Positions 26,001-35,594 are shown, counted from the first letter of the stretch. The stretch is 64,000 nt of DNA from Eubacteriales bacterium (GCA_045537905.1 JAZSQJ010000015.1:3574-67573); one strand, 5' to 3'. The notes: generated by a model not told the origin, from the letters alone. Program-made: numbers and translations.

Positions 26001-28520
26001 TTAAACTTTTTCGTTTTTGCGCTTTAGGTAAAGCAACACACAGCCAAGACAGATAAACAAGATACCGCTAAGCGTGAATACGGTCGTACCGATGCCGCCG
26101 GTGGTAGGAAGTGCCACGCCGGAGTCATTTTTAACGGTAACAAGGTTTTCGTCGCTGTGGCTGGTAGCATCTACTATAAGCTCAATGGGAGCCCCCAGCA
26201 GATTATAACCTGCAGGTGCCTTTGTTTCCACAAGGAAGTACTTGCCATATGCAAGACCGTAGAAGGAAGCCTTGCCGTCAATACCGGTAATAACGGAGCT
26301 TGCTTTTTCGCCTTGCATAGCAGCGTTGTCATAGAAGGAAACCTTTATAACCTTGCCAACAACCCCTGCAATCTCAGTCAGGCGTGGGTCGTTTGCACCA
26401 ACCTCCTCCTGAGTTGCCGTGCGGTACAGCTCAAATACCGCACCCGACAGCGTAAGATTTTCATTTTCAGAGTCTACCTTAAGCAGGTTGATACCCCCTG
26501 TGTAAACAACAGGCTCATCGGATTTGGCGGTAAATTCAAAGCTTACGGAGTTAATATAGGACAGCTCTGCACTGTTGGGTATCTCGGTACCCATTTCGGC
26601 GTTAGCGTTGATCTGCGCTTCAAAATAAACACGAAGCATATAGCTGTTAAAGCTGTTGTCGCCAATGGTGTTCGCAATCTTGCTCATACCGTTAGCAGTA
26701 AGCTCAAGCTTAAAGTAGTCCGAGGGCTTAGTACCGGCAGTGGAGTCCACGTCGTTTACAGTCAGGATGTAATCCGTATCAGCTCCGAGAGCCAAAACGG
26801 CACCATCGCCGCTTTTTTCAAGGACTACCACTAAATTGCCAAGATAGTCCAGACGGTTGTCCAAGGTGTCTGTAATTACATAGGATTGACCTGTGGCAAT
26901 ATCCTCGGGGATTGTACTGCCAATAATCCAGGTGTGCTTTTCGTAAGCGTTAAGGGTGGAGGAATCGTTGCCTACGGAGATAACGTCCTTTTCAATGTGT
27001 ACGCCGCCCTTAACCTCGTTTTTCGGTTTTATGGTAATCTCATACAGGTCCTCACCCGTTGCGGGGTCGGTACTGGGAACGTACAGATAAAAGGGCTCGA
27101 TAGGAGCAACGATGCTGGGGTGGGGATGCTCAACAACCAGATACACGCCGTCGGGTAACCCCTGATGCAAAAAGTTCATAGAAGCCTTACCGTTTTCATC
27201 GGTGGTAAGGGTGTAATCTGCAATTGCGGGATACTGATACTCGGTAGCATCGGGAAGGGTAACGGCGCCGGAAAGATACTCGTCCATGGTTGCAACGGGG
27301 AAGATGTCAAAAGCAATATTGCTAAGTGGCTTTTTTGCAAAAGAATCGTTACCTATAGCCACGTTAGCGGTCTTGTTGATGTTAAGTATACGGTCCTCAG
27401 CCGCAAGAACGGAGGCGTATACGGGAAGCCGGCTGTCGTCGTAGCCTACCATCGACTGGGAGGCACGGCGGTCACCTACGGCGTCAAAAAAGAAATATCC
27501 CTTCGAGGTCTGATAGCCGGAAATAGCAAGGGTTATATCCTCTGATATAAGGGCTGCAGGAACGTTGTGCAGGGTTAACGTAAGGGTCTGCTCGCCGTTA
27601 ACAAGCTCAACGCTAGCAGTATAAACCTCGTTAAGCTGTGCCGTTAAGGTCAAAGTGTCTGCCGCTTTTATTTCCACATCCACGGTGGTGGTAACGGAAA
27701 TATCGTAGCTGCCGTCTGCGTTTTCGGTAAAAACAGGGTCGTTAAGGTCGGTAAAGGAAGCGGGAGAAACCGTTTTTTCCGTAGCGGCTACGGGATTCAA
27801 AGAAATAAGATAGTTAAACGCCGTTTCTATGGTAGAGTTAATCAAAGCGTTGTTTTTATACCTCAGCTCGTTGTAAGAGCAGAGGGAGCCGTATTTTGTA
27901 TTCGTGGGGTTGAAAACGTATCGGCAGAATTTGGGGAAGGAAAGCTCAGGCCCGTGGATGATCTGCCATATAGCGGCCTGAGTTGCCGCGATGGCCTCAC
28001 CCGTGGTAAGCCCCTCTGCGCCGGAGGCTGCCGCCAGCTCAGCGGTTTTGGCGCTGACTCTTGCTGCGTGGTCGGCATCAGTCTCACCGTCGATGGGGAT
28101 GATATAAAAGCCATTCTGCAGTATAGCGCGGATTTTTCCTGCAGAGCTTGCAGAAAAGGACGAGTCCTCCAGATTCAAACGGCGGTAGTCCGTGCCCTGT
28201 ACTGCCGTAATGTGAATGTCGCCGCAGTAGGTAGGGAAATGCTCCCCTGTAAGGGAGTTATACATAGTGTAAATAAACGCCTGGATGGGAACACCGTTTC
28301 CGCCGTATTGATTGTTAAGGTCATAGCCTATCATACAGGGACTTTGATAGCGGTACAAAGGCTCACCGTTGCCGTCACGGTTAAGAACATAGGTGGTGTT
28401 TTCGGTTACAGCGTCTGCCGCAAACGCAACTGAAAATAAAGACGCCGCAACAACAGACAATACCGTTAAAACAGCCAGCACAAAAGAAACTGCTTTTTTC
28501 TTTTGCAATAAAGTTGTCAT
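26001..28520 (-). CDS. LPXTG-anchored surface adhesin with N-terminal thioester (TQXA) domain and SpaA/Cna-B-type domains
   Basis: It has a signal peptide. The thioester-domain Cys context is FPTYCGDIH and the Gln context is ATQAAIWQI (TQXA motif). Cna-B-like repeats include GKYFLVETKAPAGYNL. The C-terminal sorting signal is LPTTGG, then a hydrophobic helix, then KRKNEKV. Confidence 0.9.
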   Translation of the reverse strand: MTTLLQKKKAVSFVLAVLTVLSVVAASLFSVAFAADAVTENTTYVLNRDGNGEPLYRYQSPCMIGYDLNNQYGGNGVPIQAFIYTMYNSLTGEHFPTYCGDIHITAVQGTDYRRLNLEDSSFSASSAGKIRAILQNGFYIIPIDGETDADHAARVSAKTAELAAASGAEGLTTGEAIAATQAAIWQIIHGPELSFPKFCRYVFNPTNTKYGSLCSYNELRYKNNALINSTIETAFNYLISLNPVAATEKTVSPASFTDLNDPVFTENADGSYDISVTTTVDVEIKAADTLTLTAQLNEVYTASVELVNGEQTLTLTLHNVPAALISEDITLAISGYQTSKGYFFFDAVGDRRASQSMVGYDDSRLPVYASVLAAEDRILNINKTANVAIGNDSFAKKPLSNIAFDIFPVATMDEYLSGAVTLPDATEYQYPAIADYTLTTDENGKASMNFLHQGLPDGVYLVVEHPHPSIVAPIEPFYLYVPSTDPATGEDLYEITIKPKNEVKGGVHIEKDVISVGNDSSTLNAYEKHTWIIGSTIPEDIATGQSYVITDTLDNRLDYLGNLVVVLEKSGDGAVLALGADTDYILTVNDVDSTAGTKPSDYFKLELTANGMSKIANTIGDNSFNSYMLRVYFEAQINANAEMGTEIPNSAELSYINSVSFEFTAKSDEPVVYTGGINLLKVDSENENLTLSGAVFELYRTATQEEVGANDPRLTEIAGVVGKVIKVSFYDNAAMQGEKASSVITGIDGKASFYGLAYGKYFLVETKAPAGYNLLGAPIELIVDATSHSDENLVTVKNDSGVALPTTGGIGTTVFTLSGILFICLGCVLLYLKRKNEKV

Positions 28521-28680
28521 AAAGCTATACCTCCCCTATGTTTTCATACTATTCTACTATATATTAATACAAATTGCAACAGTAAAAAGCAAAAATATCC
28601 GAAATATTTATAAAAATTACCTACATCCCGTATCCAAGGTGCGAAAAGCTTAATACTTAGAGTTTTATATGTTATAAAGC

Positions 28681-28709
28681 TTGCATTTACGTCGTTTAAT
28701 TGATATAAT
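28681..28709 (+). promoter_or_regulatory. putative sigma-A promoter
   Basis: TTGCAT (28681-28686), 17-nt spacer, TATAAT (28704-28709), upstream of the CDS at 28766. Confidence 0.5.
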
Positions 28710-28765
28710 AAATTATAGGCGATTAACCGATATCAGCTTTACTCAAAAAGGAAAGGGGCATTACT

Positions 28766-29272
28766 ATGGAAAAGACGACCAAGAAAACCAAAAGAGAATT
28801 GATGGAAAGAACGAAAAAAGAGCTGTATTACCTTGGCTTGGCTTTGGTAGTTACAGGCGCTATTGACGGAGCACAGACAATAGGCGGTTTTATCTACGGC
28901 TTGTTTAATGACAACCCCGATAAAACACTTTCAGAACTTGACCCTGCTACGGTAAGATGGATGGGGGTTGTTGTGCTTATCCTTGGCTTGGCGTTAATTC
29001 TTGTTCAAGTTGCGATAGGCGCAAAGGGTATGCGTGTAAGTAAGGCTCCCACGGCAGATAAAGGCTATATTAAAGCCGCAAAGGTATTTTTGGGTATATA
29101 CGCCGTTCTCGCTGTTACCTATCTTCCTTCGTTGTTTGCTATTAAGGAAAGCATTTCTTTTTCAGAGCATATACTTCCCTTCATTTTAGTAACCGTGGAC
29201 GCCGTTCTGTATTGGCTGTTTGTAAAAAGGGCAAAGCTTGTCCGTCAGTCCGTTGCCAAGGGTAAAAAATAA
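28766..29272 (+). CDS. hypothetical 4-TM membrane protein
   Basis: AAAGGGG RBS, a Lys-rich N-terminus, four hydrophobic helices and no recognisable family. Confidence 0.6.
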   Translation: MEKTTKKTKRELMERTKKELYYLGLALVVTGAIDGAQTIGGFIYGLFNDNPDKTLSELDPATVRWMGVVVLILGLALILVQVAIGAKGMRVSKAPTADKGYIKAAKVFLGIYAVLAVTYLPSLFAIKESISFSEHILPFILVTVDAVLYWLFVKRAKLVRQSVAKGKK

Positions 29273-29293
29273 AACACAAAAGGCGGTGGGTAA

Positions 29294-29965
29294 GTGTTTG
29301 GCTTTTTCAAAAAAACAAAGTCCAAAATAAACGTAACGGAAATAATCGACCGTATCGAGGCAAGGGTTTATACCTTGCTTAAGCCCTACGGTTTCCGCAA
29401 ATACGGCAGGACGCTTCACCGTTTCGTGGATGGTGACGTTTCACAGGTGATTAATTTCCAATGCGGACAAGCCTATCGGGACGAAACTCATTTAATGTGG
29501 GTAAACACAGGCATCCGTGTGCCTGAATGTATGCTTCGTAGCTTTAACGGAGATACCCTTCCAAAAAAGTATTACCACGAATACGAGTGTAACATACGCT
29601 CTCACCTGGGCACTGTAAAAAAGAAAAAGGAAAGCTGCTATGACCTTCGTGGCGACACGGAAAAAATAACAAAGGATATCGTAGAGCAAATCGGTAAATA
29701 CGTTTTACCCGTCTTTGACGTGTTAAACAGCCGCAGCGCCATATTAAAGGAACGCAAAAGCTACCCCCATTTTGACGTTATCAGCGGTCATCTTCGCCTT
29801 TTGGATGAGGCGATGATCTTCGGCAGACTGGGGGATATACCCACGGCAACTGCCCGTTTTAACGAGTATTACAAGGGCTGCCTGGCCGCCAAAGACCCCG
29901 TTGTCCCTCACATAAAGTATCTGGAAAAGCTGGCAGAAGATTTGGGTATAGCGTTGCACGATTAA
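29294..29965 (+). CDS. hypothetical protein, DUF4304-like
   Basis: GTG start. The N-terminal pattern ...LLKPYGFRKYGRTLHRFVDGDVSQVINFQCGQ resembles DUF4304 (low-confidence recognition). Confidence 0.5.
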   Translation: MFGFFKKTKSKINVTEIIDRIEARVYTLLKPYGFRKYGRTLHRFVDGDVSQVINFQCGQAYRDETHLMWVNTGIRVPECMLRSFNGDTLPKKYYHEYECNIRSHLGTVKKKKESCYDLRGDTEKITKDIVEQIGKYVLPVFDVLNSRSAILKERKSYPHFDVISGHLRLLDEAMIFGRLGDIPTATARFNEYYKGCLAAKDPVVPHIKYLEKLAEDLGIALHD

Positions 29966-29995
29966 AAGACCGATAACGTAAACGGAGTAAAAAAT

Positions 29996-30841
29996 ATGAA
30001 AATTATTAAAAAAGCTTCCCCTTATGAATTTGATACCGATTGTAACGGTTTTCCCACGTTTACAAAAAAGAACGTTAATTTCATAAAAGCTATTTTACGC
30101 TACGAATCTCCTTATAGCATTTTCTCGGATAAAACTACTCCTGAGTATAATAGCGAATATCCCGGTATTTTGGAAAAAGGCGATTTTTTTAAGTTTGCAA
30201 GTCCGGAAACAACAGATGATTATCTAATTGATGATCTTTACCGCGTGATTGTGTCGATTGATAAACTTAACTCTACCCATCTATCCTCAGAGGGGAGACA
30301 AAAAAGCAGCAACACGCAAGGCAAACGCAATAAAGGTAGGGAGAAAGTCGCAAAAATGATTAGGGACATAGGCGGCGAAAACTTAAAACAGCGTTTGTCG
30401 AAAGGTGATCCGGAGCTTGTGGGAGCTATAGCCAGCAAGGATGCAGGCGGAAAACACAATTTTTCATTTGCAACCAAGTTTTGTTCATATGTGTCTATTC
30501 ATGCGTTGGGGCAAGACAACTTTTGTATTTATGATGAAATTCTTCAATCAATATTGCCATATTATGCGTATATGTACGTAGACGATTTTGAAAATAACGA
30601 AAACTGTAGCGGCATATATCAGAAAGCAAAAGGAAAAAAGAAAAACAAAAGCCTGGTTTGTAAAAAATACAAGGAAGAAGACGATTATAAAGGATACAGA
30701 GCTCTCATCGATGAAATATTAACGGGAATAGAGAGCAAGCTTGGTGAAAAGATATCCTATTCTGTTTTTGACTGTATGCTTTGGTTCTACTTCAAAGGCT
30801 CGGTCAGCAAAGTTCAAGCGGCGATGGATAAACTTCCGTAA
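29996..30841 (+). CDS. hypothetical protein
   Basis: ORF of 281 aa, AT-rich by eye, with no recognisable domain. It has Lys-rich low-complexity insertions. Confidence 0.55.
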   Translation: MKIIKKASPYEFDTDCNGFPTFTKKNVNFIKAILRYESPYSIFSDKTTPEYNSEYPGILEKGDFFKFASPETTDDYLIDDLYRVIVSIDKLNSTHLSSEGRQKSSNTQGKRNKGREKVAKMIRDIGGENLKQRLSKGDPELVGAIASKDAGGKHNFSFATKFCSYVSIHALGQDNFCIYDEILQSILPYYAYMYVDDFENNENCSGIYQKAKGKKKNKSLVCKKYKEEDDYKGYRALIDEILTGIESKLGEKISYSVFDCMLWFYFKGSVSKVQAAMDKLP

Positions 30842-30968
30842 AAATTAAAACAAACAATATTTTTTGTAAAAAAACAAAAAACTTGCTCCAAACAGTGGAC
30901 TTTTGCTTAAAAATAAGTATAATATGAATGTAATAATACGAAATTTTATAAAACAGGAGGATTATACA

Positions 30969-31538
30969 ATGGGTATTTTTGACAAACTTAAGGCAAACGC
31001 AAGCTCTGCAATCAAGGGAGCGGTATCAAATCTGGGCAACAAGAGCGAGACCTTTACATTTGCAGTTCTGCCCGAAAGTCTTGCAGAGATGCAGGCTCTT
31101 CCCGAGGCAAAGCTGGACACTCCTTTTAAGACGGCGGCTCTCACCGTATGTGCTCTTTGCGCTTATGCGGCTGACAAGCAGATAGGCACCGAGATGCTTA
31201 ACTGGCTCCGCGGTCCCCGCCCTCTCAGCGGCGTGGATATCTCTTTCCTTAACGACCGTTTCCGTGACGGTAAGACCTATGTACCCTTCTCTTATTTTGA
31301 AGGTGCAACCCCCGAAAACGATTACACCCCTGCAGAGCCCTTTAAGATCACCGTCAGCACCAACCCCTATTCTGACGCTAACGAAGGCTATATGAAGCTG
31401 TTTATCAAGAGCGGCGGCGCAGACAACGCCCGTGAGGTTGTGCTTCGTCAGAGAGGCAGTGACGGCGTATGGTTCCTTTGGGATCAGATGCTTCTTCCCG
31501 ACATCCGCAGTCCCAAGTCCGCTGATCCTTGGGCATAA
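30969..31538 (+). CDS. hypothetical protein
   Basis: AGGAGG lies 8 nt upstream of the ATG at 30969 (MGIFDKLKANASS). It looks like a soluble protein of 189 aa. A hairpin terminator follows. Confidence 0.65.
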   Translation: MGIFDKLKANASSAIKGAVSNLGNKSETFTFAVLPESLAEMQALPEAKLDTPFKTAALTVCALCAYAADKQIGTEMLNWLRGPRPLSGVDISFLNDRFRDGKTYVPFSYFEGATPENDYTPAEPFKITVSTNPYSDANEGYMKLFIKSGGADNAREVVLRQRGSDGVWFLWDQMLLPDIRSPKSADPWA

Positions 31539-31577
31539 GCCACTGCAGTCAATAGCAACCTATAATACGTAATATAA

Positions 31578-31610
31578 AGCACCCTGTCACGAAAGGATAG
31601 GGTGCTTTTC
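31578..31610 (+). terminator. intrinsic terminator
   Basis: AGCACCCT / 13-nt loop / AGGGTGCT followed by TTTT. Confidence 0.6.
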
Positions 31611-31728
31611 TGCGAAAAAACAATAAAAACAGTTTTATCGTTAATGAAATCAAAAGACGCAAAAAAGGGTTAATAGCAATAAAGCATTAATTGGCAGGGG
31701 CATTTTTGTAAAAAAATATTAAAATGTG

Positions 31729-31756
31729 TTGATTTTATATTAAAATGTGATATACT
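31729..31756 (+). promoter_or_regulatory. putative sigma-A promoter of the ydjGHI-like operon
   Basis: TTGATT (31729-31734), 16-nt spacer, TATACT (31751-31756). Confidence 0.4.
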
Positions 31757-31808
31757 TTAATTGATAAAGAGTATACACTCTTGGTGTTGCTTGGTGAGGA
31801 GGCGTACC

Positions 31809-32087
31809 GTGTTGAGGAGGACAAAGCGTGCAGGTAACTTATTTCTTGTGCTTCTGTTCAATATGGTGCTTAATATAGAGGGGTCTGTTCCTGCGTGGAT
31901 ATTGCTTATATTACATTACGTCTTAGGCTGGAGCATATTATGGTTTTGGTTGGCATTGGGTGTGTGGCTCCTTGGCATTCTTCTGTGGATGGGCTTTATG
32001 TCTTTTGCAAGCAACAGCAGTAACGAAAAACCGTACAGGGAAAACAAAAACCCCTATTCAAAGGGTAACAACACGGCAAAAAAATAA
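31809..32087 (+). CDS. small hydrophobic membrane protein
   Basis: GTG at 31809 lies 6 nt after GTGAGGAGG. There are two to three TM helices (LFLVLLFNMVL..., WILLILHYVLGWSILWFWLALGVWLLGILLWMGF). It is the first gene of the operon. Confidence 0.5.
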   Translation: MLRRTKRAGNLFLVLLFNMVLNIEGSVPAWILLILHYVLGWSILWFWLALGVWLLGILLWMGFMSFASNSSNEKPYRENKNPYSKGNNTAKK

Positions 32088-32120
32088 ATACATTTTTATA
32101 AACCGAAAGGAGTCTTGATT

Positions 32121-33572
32121 ATGGGACTTATTAAAGCAGGCATAGGTGCTCTCGGCGGCACGTTGGCAGATCAATGGAAGGAGTTTTTCTACTGTGACTC
32201 TCTTCCCAATGACGTACTTGTAAAAAAGGGTCAGAAGAGAACCGGCAGCAGATCCTCCAACACCAAGGGTGAGGACAATATTATATCCAACGGCTCCGGT
32301 ATTGCGGTAGCAGACGGACAGTGTATGATAATCGTTGAGCAAGGCAAGATAGTAGAGGTTTGTGCTGAACCCGGTGAGTTTACATACGATTCTTCAACAG
32401 AACCCTCCATCTTTTCCGGCAGCCTTGGCAGAAGCATACTTGACACCTTTAAGACCATAGGCAAGCGTTTTGCTTACGGCGGCGATACAGGCAAGGACCA
32501 GAGAGTTTATTACTTCAACACCAAGGAAATACTTGGCAACAAGTTTGGTACCAAGACTCCCATTATGTTCGAGGTAGCCAGCAAGGCGCTTTCCTTCAGC
32601 AAGACCGTAGGTATCCGTTGCAACGGTATATATTCTTACGAAATAAGCAACCCCCTTCTTTTCTATACCAACGTTTGCGGTAACGTAGAAAACGAATATA
32701 GAAGAGACCAGATAGACGAAACTCTTAAGACTGAGTTTATCTCTGCCCTTCAGCCTGCATTTGCAGCCTTGGCTGAGCTTGAGCTGAGACCTGCCCAGAT
32801 CCCCGGCAAGGTAAACGAGCTTAGAAAAGCAATGAATGACGCTCTTAAGATGGAGTGGGAAGAAAGCCGCGGTATAACCGTAGGCAAGATAGCTCTTAAC
32901 CCCATCAGCCTTGCAGACGAGGATATGAAGGCCATCAAGGATATGGAAGACGCTCTTCTTATGGGTAGCAACGCCTATATGATGGCAGGCAGAATGACCA
33001 ACGCAACAGCCGACGCTATGAATGCGGCTGCAAACAACAGTGCCGGTGCAATGACAGGCTTTATGGGCATGGGCATGGCAGGCGGCGCTATGGGCGGCGG
33101 CTTCAATGCGGCGCAGAATTTCTATAATATGGGCCAGCAACAGCAGGCACAGCAGCAACAGCAGGGTGTTGTAAATCCTGCCGTTCAAAACGCAATGAAC
33201 GACAGCAGCGCTGCAATGGGCTGGAAGTGCTCCTGCGGTGCAACTGCTACAGGCAAGTTCTGCCCCGAGTGCGGTGCAAAGAAGCCCGAGCCTAAGGTAG
33301 AGGGCGGCTGGAAATGTGCTTGCGGCGCAACACCTACCGGTAAATTCTGTCCCGAATGCGGTGCTCCCAAGCCTGCAGAGGCAGAGGGCTGGAGCTGCTC
33401 CTGCGGTGCAGTAAACAAGGGTAAATTCTGCCCTGAGTGTGGCGGTAAAAAGCCTGCAGGCGTTCCTCAGTACAAGTGCGACAAGTGCGGCTGGGAGCCT
33501 GAAAAGGGTGTTACACCTCCCAAATTCTGCCCCGAATGCGGCGACCCCTTTGATAACGGTGATATAGTTTAA
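32121..33572 (+). CDS. SPFH-domain protein of the YdjI type with four C-terminal zinc ribbons
   Basis: AGGAG lies 8 nt upstream of the ATG at 32121. The N-terminus MGLIKAGIGALGGTLADQWKEFFYCDSLPNDVLV is typical of the YdjI / virion-core-protein-like COG4260 family. There is a Gln/Gly-rich linker, then WKCSCGATATGKFCPECGAKKP-type ribbons. Confidence 0.8.
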   Translation: MGLIKAGIGALGGTLADQWKEFFYCDSLPNDVLVKKGQKRTGSRSSNTKGEDNIISNGSGIAVADGQCMIIVEQGKIVEVCAEPGEFTYDSSTEPSIFSGSLGRSILDTFKTIGKRFAYGGDTGKDQRVYYFNTKEILGNKFGTKTPIMFEVASKALSFSKTVGIRCNGIYSYEISNPLLFYTNVCGNVENEYRRDQIDETLKTEFISALQPAFAALAELELRPAQIPGKVNELRKAMNDALKMEWEESRGITVGKIALNPISLADEDMKAIKDMEDALLMGSNAYMMAGRMTNATADAMNAAANNSAGAMTGFMGMGMAGGAMGGGFNAAQNFYNMGQQQQAQQQQQGVVNPAVQNAMNDSSAAMGWKCSCGATATGKFCPECGAKKPEPKVEGGWKCACGATPTGKFCPECGAPKPAEAEGWSCSCGAVNKGKFCPECGGKKPAGVPQYKCDKCGWEPEKGVTPPKFCPECGDPFDNGDIV

Positions 33573-33663
33573 TAACTAAGCTTGGCGGAACAAGGCTGAA
33601 AAGGGCGTTGTTCCGCCATATACTAAATACAAATCCTAAAAAGGAGTGATACTCTTGGCAGAG

Positions 33664-34737
33664 ATGCAATATAAATGTCCGTGCTGTGGCGGTCAGATAG
33701 AGTTTGACAGTGCCTCTCAAAATATGAAATGCCCTTACTGTGACACCGAGTACGAGGTGGAAACCCTTAAGTCCTATGACGACGTGTTAAGCGGTGAGCA
33801 GGCGGACAAAATGGACTGGGACACAAGCGCAGGCAGTGAATGGTCTGAGGGTGAAACCGAGGGAATGCGTGTTTACTCCTGTAAGTCCTGCGGCGGTGAG
33901 ATAGTAGCTGACGAAACTACAGCCGCATCAGCTTGTCCCTTCTGTGATAATCCTATAGTTATGATGGGTCAGTTTACAGGTGCCCTTAAGCCTGACTACG
34001 TTATTCCCTTCAAGCTGGATAAGGAAGCGGCAAAGAAAGCACTCAGAAAGCACTACGAGGGCAAGCGCCTTCTTCCCAAGGTTTTCAAGGACGAAAACCA
34101 TATAGACGAAATAAAGGGCGTATACGTACCCTTCTGGCTCTTTGATGCAGATGCAGACGCAAACGTACGCTACAAGGCAACCAGAGTCCGTGCCTGGACC
34201 AGTGGTGACTACGATTATACAGAAACCAGCTTTTACTCCGTGCTCCGTGCGGGTAGTCTCGGCTTTGAGCGAGTGCCTGTAGACGGCTCTACTAAAATGG
34301 CGGACGACCTTATGGAGTCTATCGAGCCCTACGATTTCAAGGATGCGGTGGATTTCCAGACGGCGTATTTGTCAGGTTATCTTGCAGATAAGTACGACGT
34401 AGACTCCGAGCAGACCATAGAGAGAGCAAATACCAGAATAAAGACCAGTACCGAAAAAGCCTTTGCGGCAACGGTACAGGGCTATACGACTGTATTACCC
34501 GAGCATACGAATATCCAGCTCCAAAACGGCAAGGCAAAGTACGCACTGCTCCCCGTGTGGCTTCTTAACACCACCTGGCAGGGGAAGAAGTACACCTTTG
34601 CGATGAACGGTCAGACAGGCAAGCTGGTAGGCGACCTTCCTGTGGATAAGGGTGCTTACAAGAGATGGCTTTGGGGACTTACCGCAGGGATAGGTGCCGC
34701 TTGCTTTGGTATATCCTATCTTATGTGGTTGCTGTAA
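33664..34737 (+). CDS. zinc-ribbon membrane protein, YdjG-like
   Basis: N-terminal ribbons are YKCPCCGGQIEF...MKCPYCDTEY and YSCKSCGGEI...CPFCDNP. There is a single C-terminal TM helix (WLWGLTAGIGAACFGISYLMWLL). The start is ambiguous: ATG 33664, TTG 33655 or GTG 33646. Confidence 0.7.
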   Translation: MQYKCPCCGGQIEFDSASQNMKCPYCDTEYEVETLKSYDDVLSGEQADKMDWDTSAGSEWSEGETEGMRVYSCKSCGGEIVADETTAASACPFCDNPIVMMGQFTGALKPDYVIPFKLDKEAAKKALRKHYEGKRLLPKVFKDENHIDEIKGVYVPFWLFDADADANVRYKATRVRAWTSGDYDYTETSFYSVLRAGSLGFERVPVDGSTKMADDLMESIEPYDFKDAVDFQTAYLSGYLADKYDVDSEQTIERANTRIKTSTEKAFAATVQGYTTVLPEHTNIQLQNGKAKYALLPVWLLNTTWQGKKYTFAMNGQTGKLVGDLPVDKGAYKRWLWGLTAGIGAACFGISYLMWLL

Positions 34738-34750
34738 GGAGGTGCCCGAT

Positions 34751-35467
34751 ATGAAGAAAAGAATAATAGCATTACTTACAGTTATATTTGTGCTTAGCAT
34801 AAGTATTATCAGCGTAGCCGCCTCCAAATCAAAGCTCTATGTAATCGACAAAGCAGACCTGCTTACCGACAGAGAAGAGATAGCTTTGGGCGTTAAGCTT
34901 GAGAATATAAATAAACAGTTTGACCTGGATATCGTTGTTCTTACGGTTGACAGCATCGGGGACAAAACTCCCACGGAGTATGCTGACGACTACTATGATT
35001 ATAACGGCTACGGTGACGACGGCGCCCTTATCCTCGTGGCGGTTGAAGAGGGCGAGCGTTATGTTTCCACCTGCGGAAGCTGTATCGACAAAATAGACGT
35101 AAGCGAGCTGGGCGATCAGATCAGCTCCTATCTTGACAGCAAATCCTATAACCAGGCATTCATCGGATTTGCAGACTACGTAAACGAAGTATACGGCTTC
35201 AAAATGGGCAGAAGCCTTATTATATCTTTGGTAATCGGCTTTATAATAGCGCTTATTTCAACAAGCGTTATGAAGGGTAAGCTTAAGTCCGTGCATATGC
35301 AAAGCGGTGCGGCGGAATACGTTAAGGCAGGCAGTCTTAACGTTACAAATTCCCGTGATATATACCTGTACCGTACCGTTACCAGCAGAAAAAGACCCAG
35401 CTCTAACAGCAGTAGCGGCTCCCACCGCTCCTCCTCCGGCAGGTCTCACGGCGGCGGCAGTCTGTAA
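34751..35467 (+). CDS. TPM-domain membrane protein, YdjH-like
   Basis: AAGGAGG RBS and a signal/anchor helix. TPM-type motif YVIDKADLLTDREEIALGVKLENINKQFDLDIVVLTVDS. There is a C-terminal TM helix and a Ser/Gly-rich tail ending GGGSL. Confidence 0.75.
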   Translation: MKKRIIALLTVIFVLSISIISVAASKSKLYVIDKADLLTDREEIALGVKLENINKQFDLDIVVLTVDSIGDKTPTEYADDYYDYNGYGDDGALILVAVEEGERYVSTCGSCIDKIDVSELGDQISSYLDSKSYNQAFIGFADYVNEVYGFKMGRSLIISLVIGFIIALISTSVMKGKLKSVHMQSGAAEYVKAGSLNVTNSRDIYLYRTVTSRKRPSSNSSSGSHRSSSGRSHGGGSL

Positions 35468-35481
35468 TATCGCTTAAAATT

Positions 35482-35512
35482 AAAAACAGCACCCACTGGG
35501 GTGCTGTTTTTT
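35482..35512 (+). terminator. intrinsic terminator of the ydjGHI-like operon
   Basis: CAGCACCC / actg / GGGTGCTG followed by TTTTTT. Confidence 0.7.
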
Positions 35513-35594
35513 GCATATATTTAAGCAACGGATTGATTTTAGATACGGTTAGTGGTATAATACGTGCAAGCAAACAAGGAAGGAGGGAAAAGCA

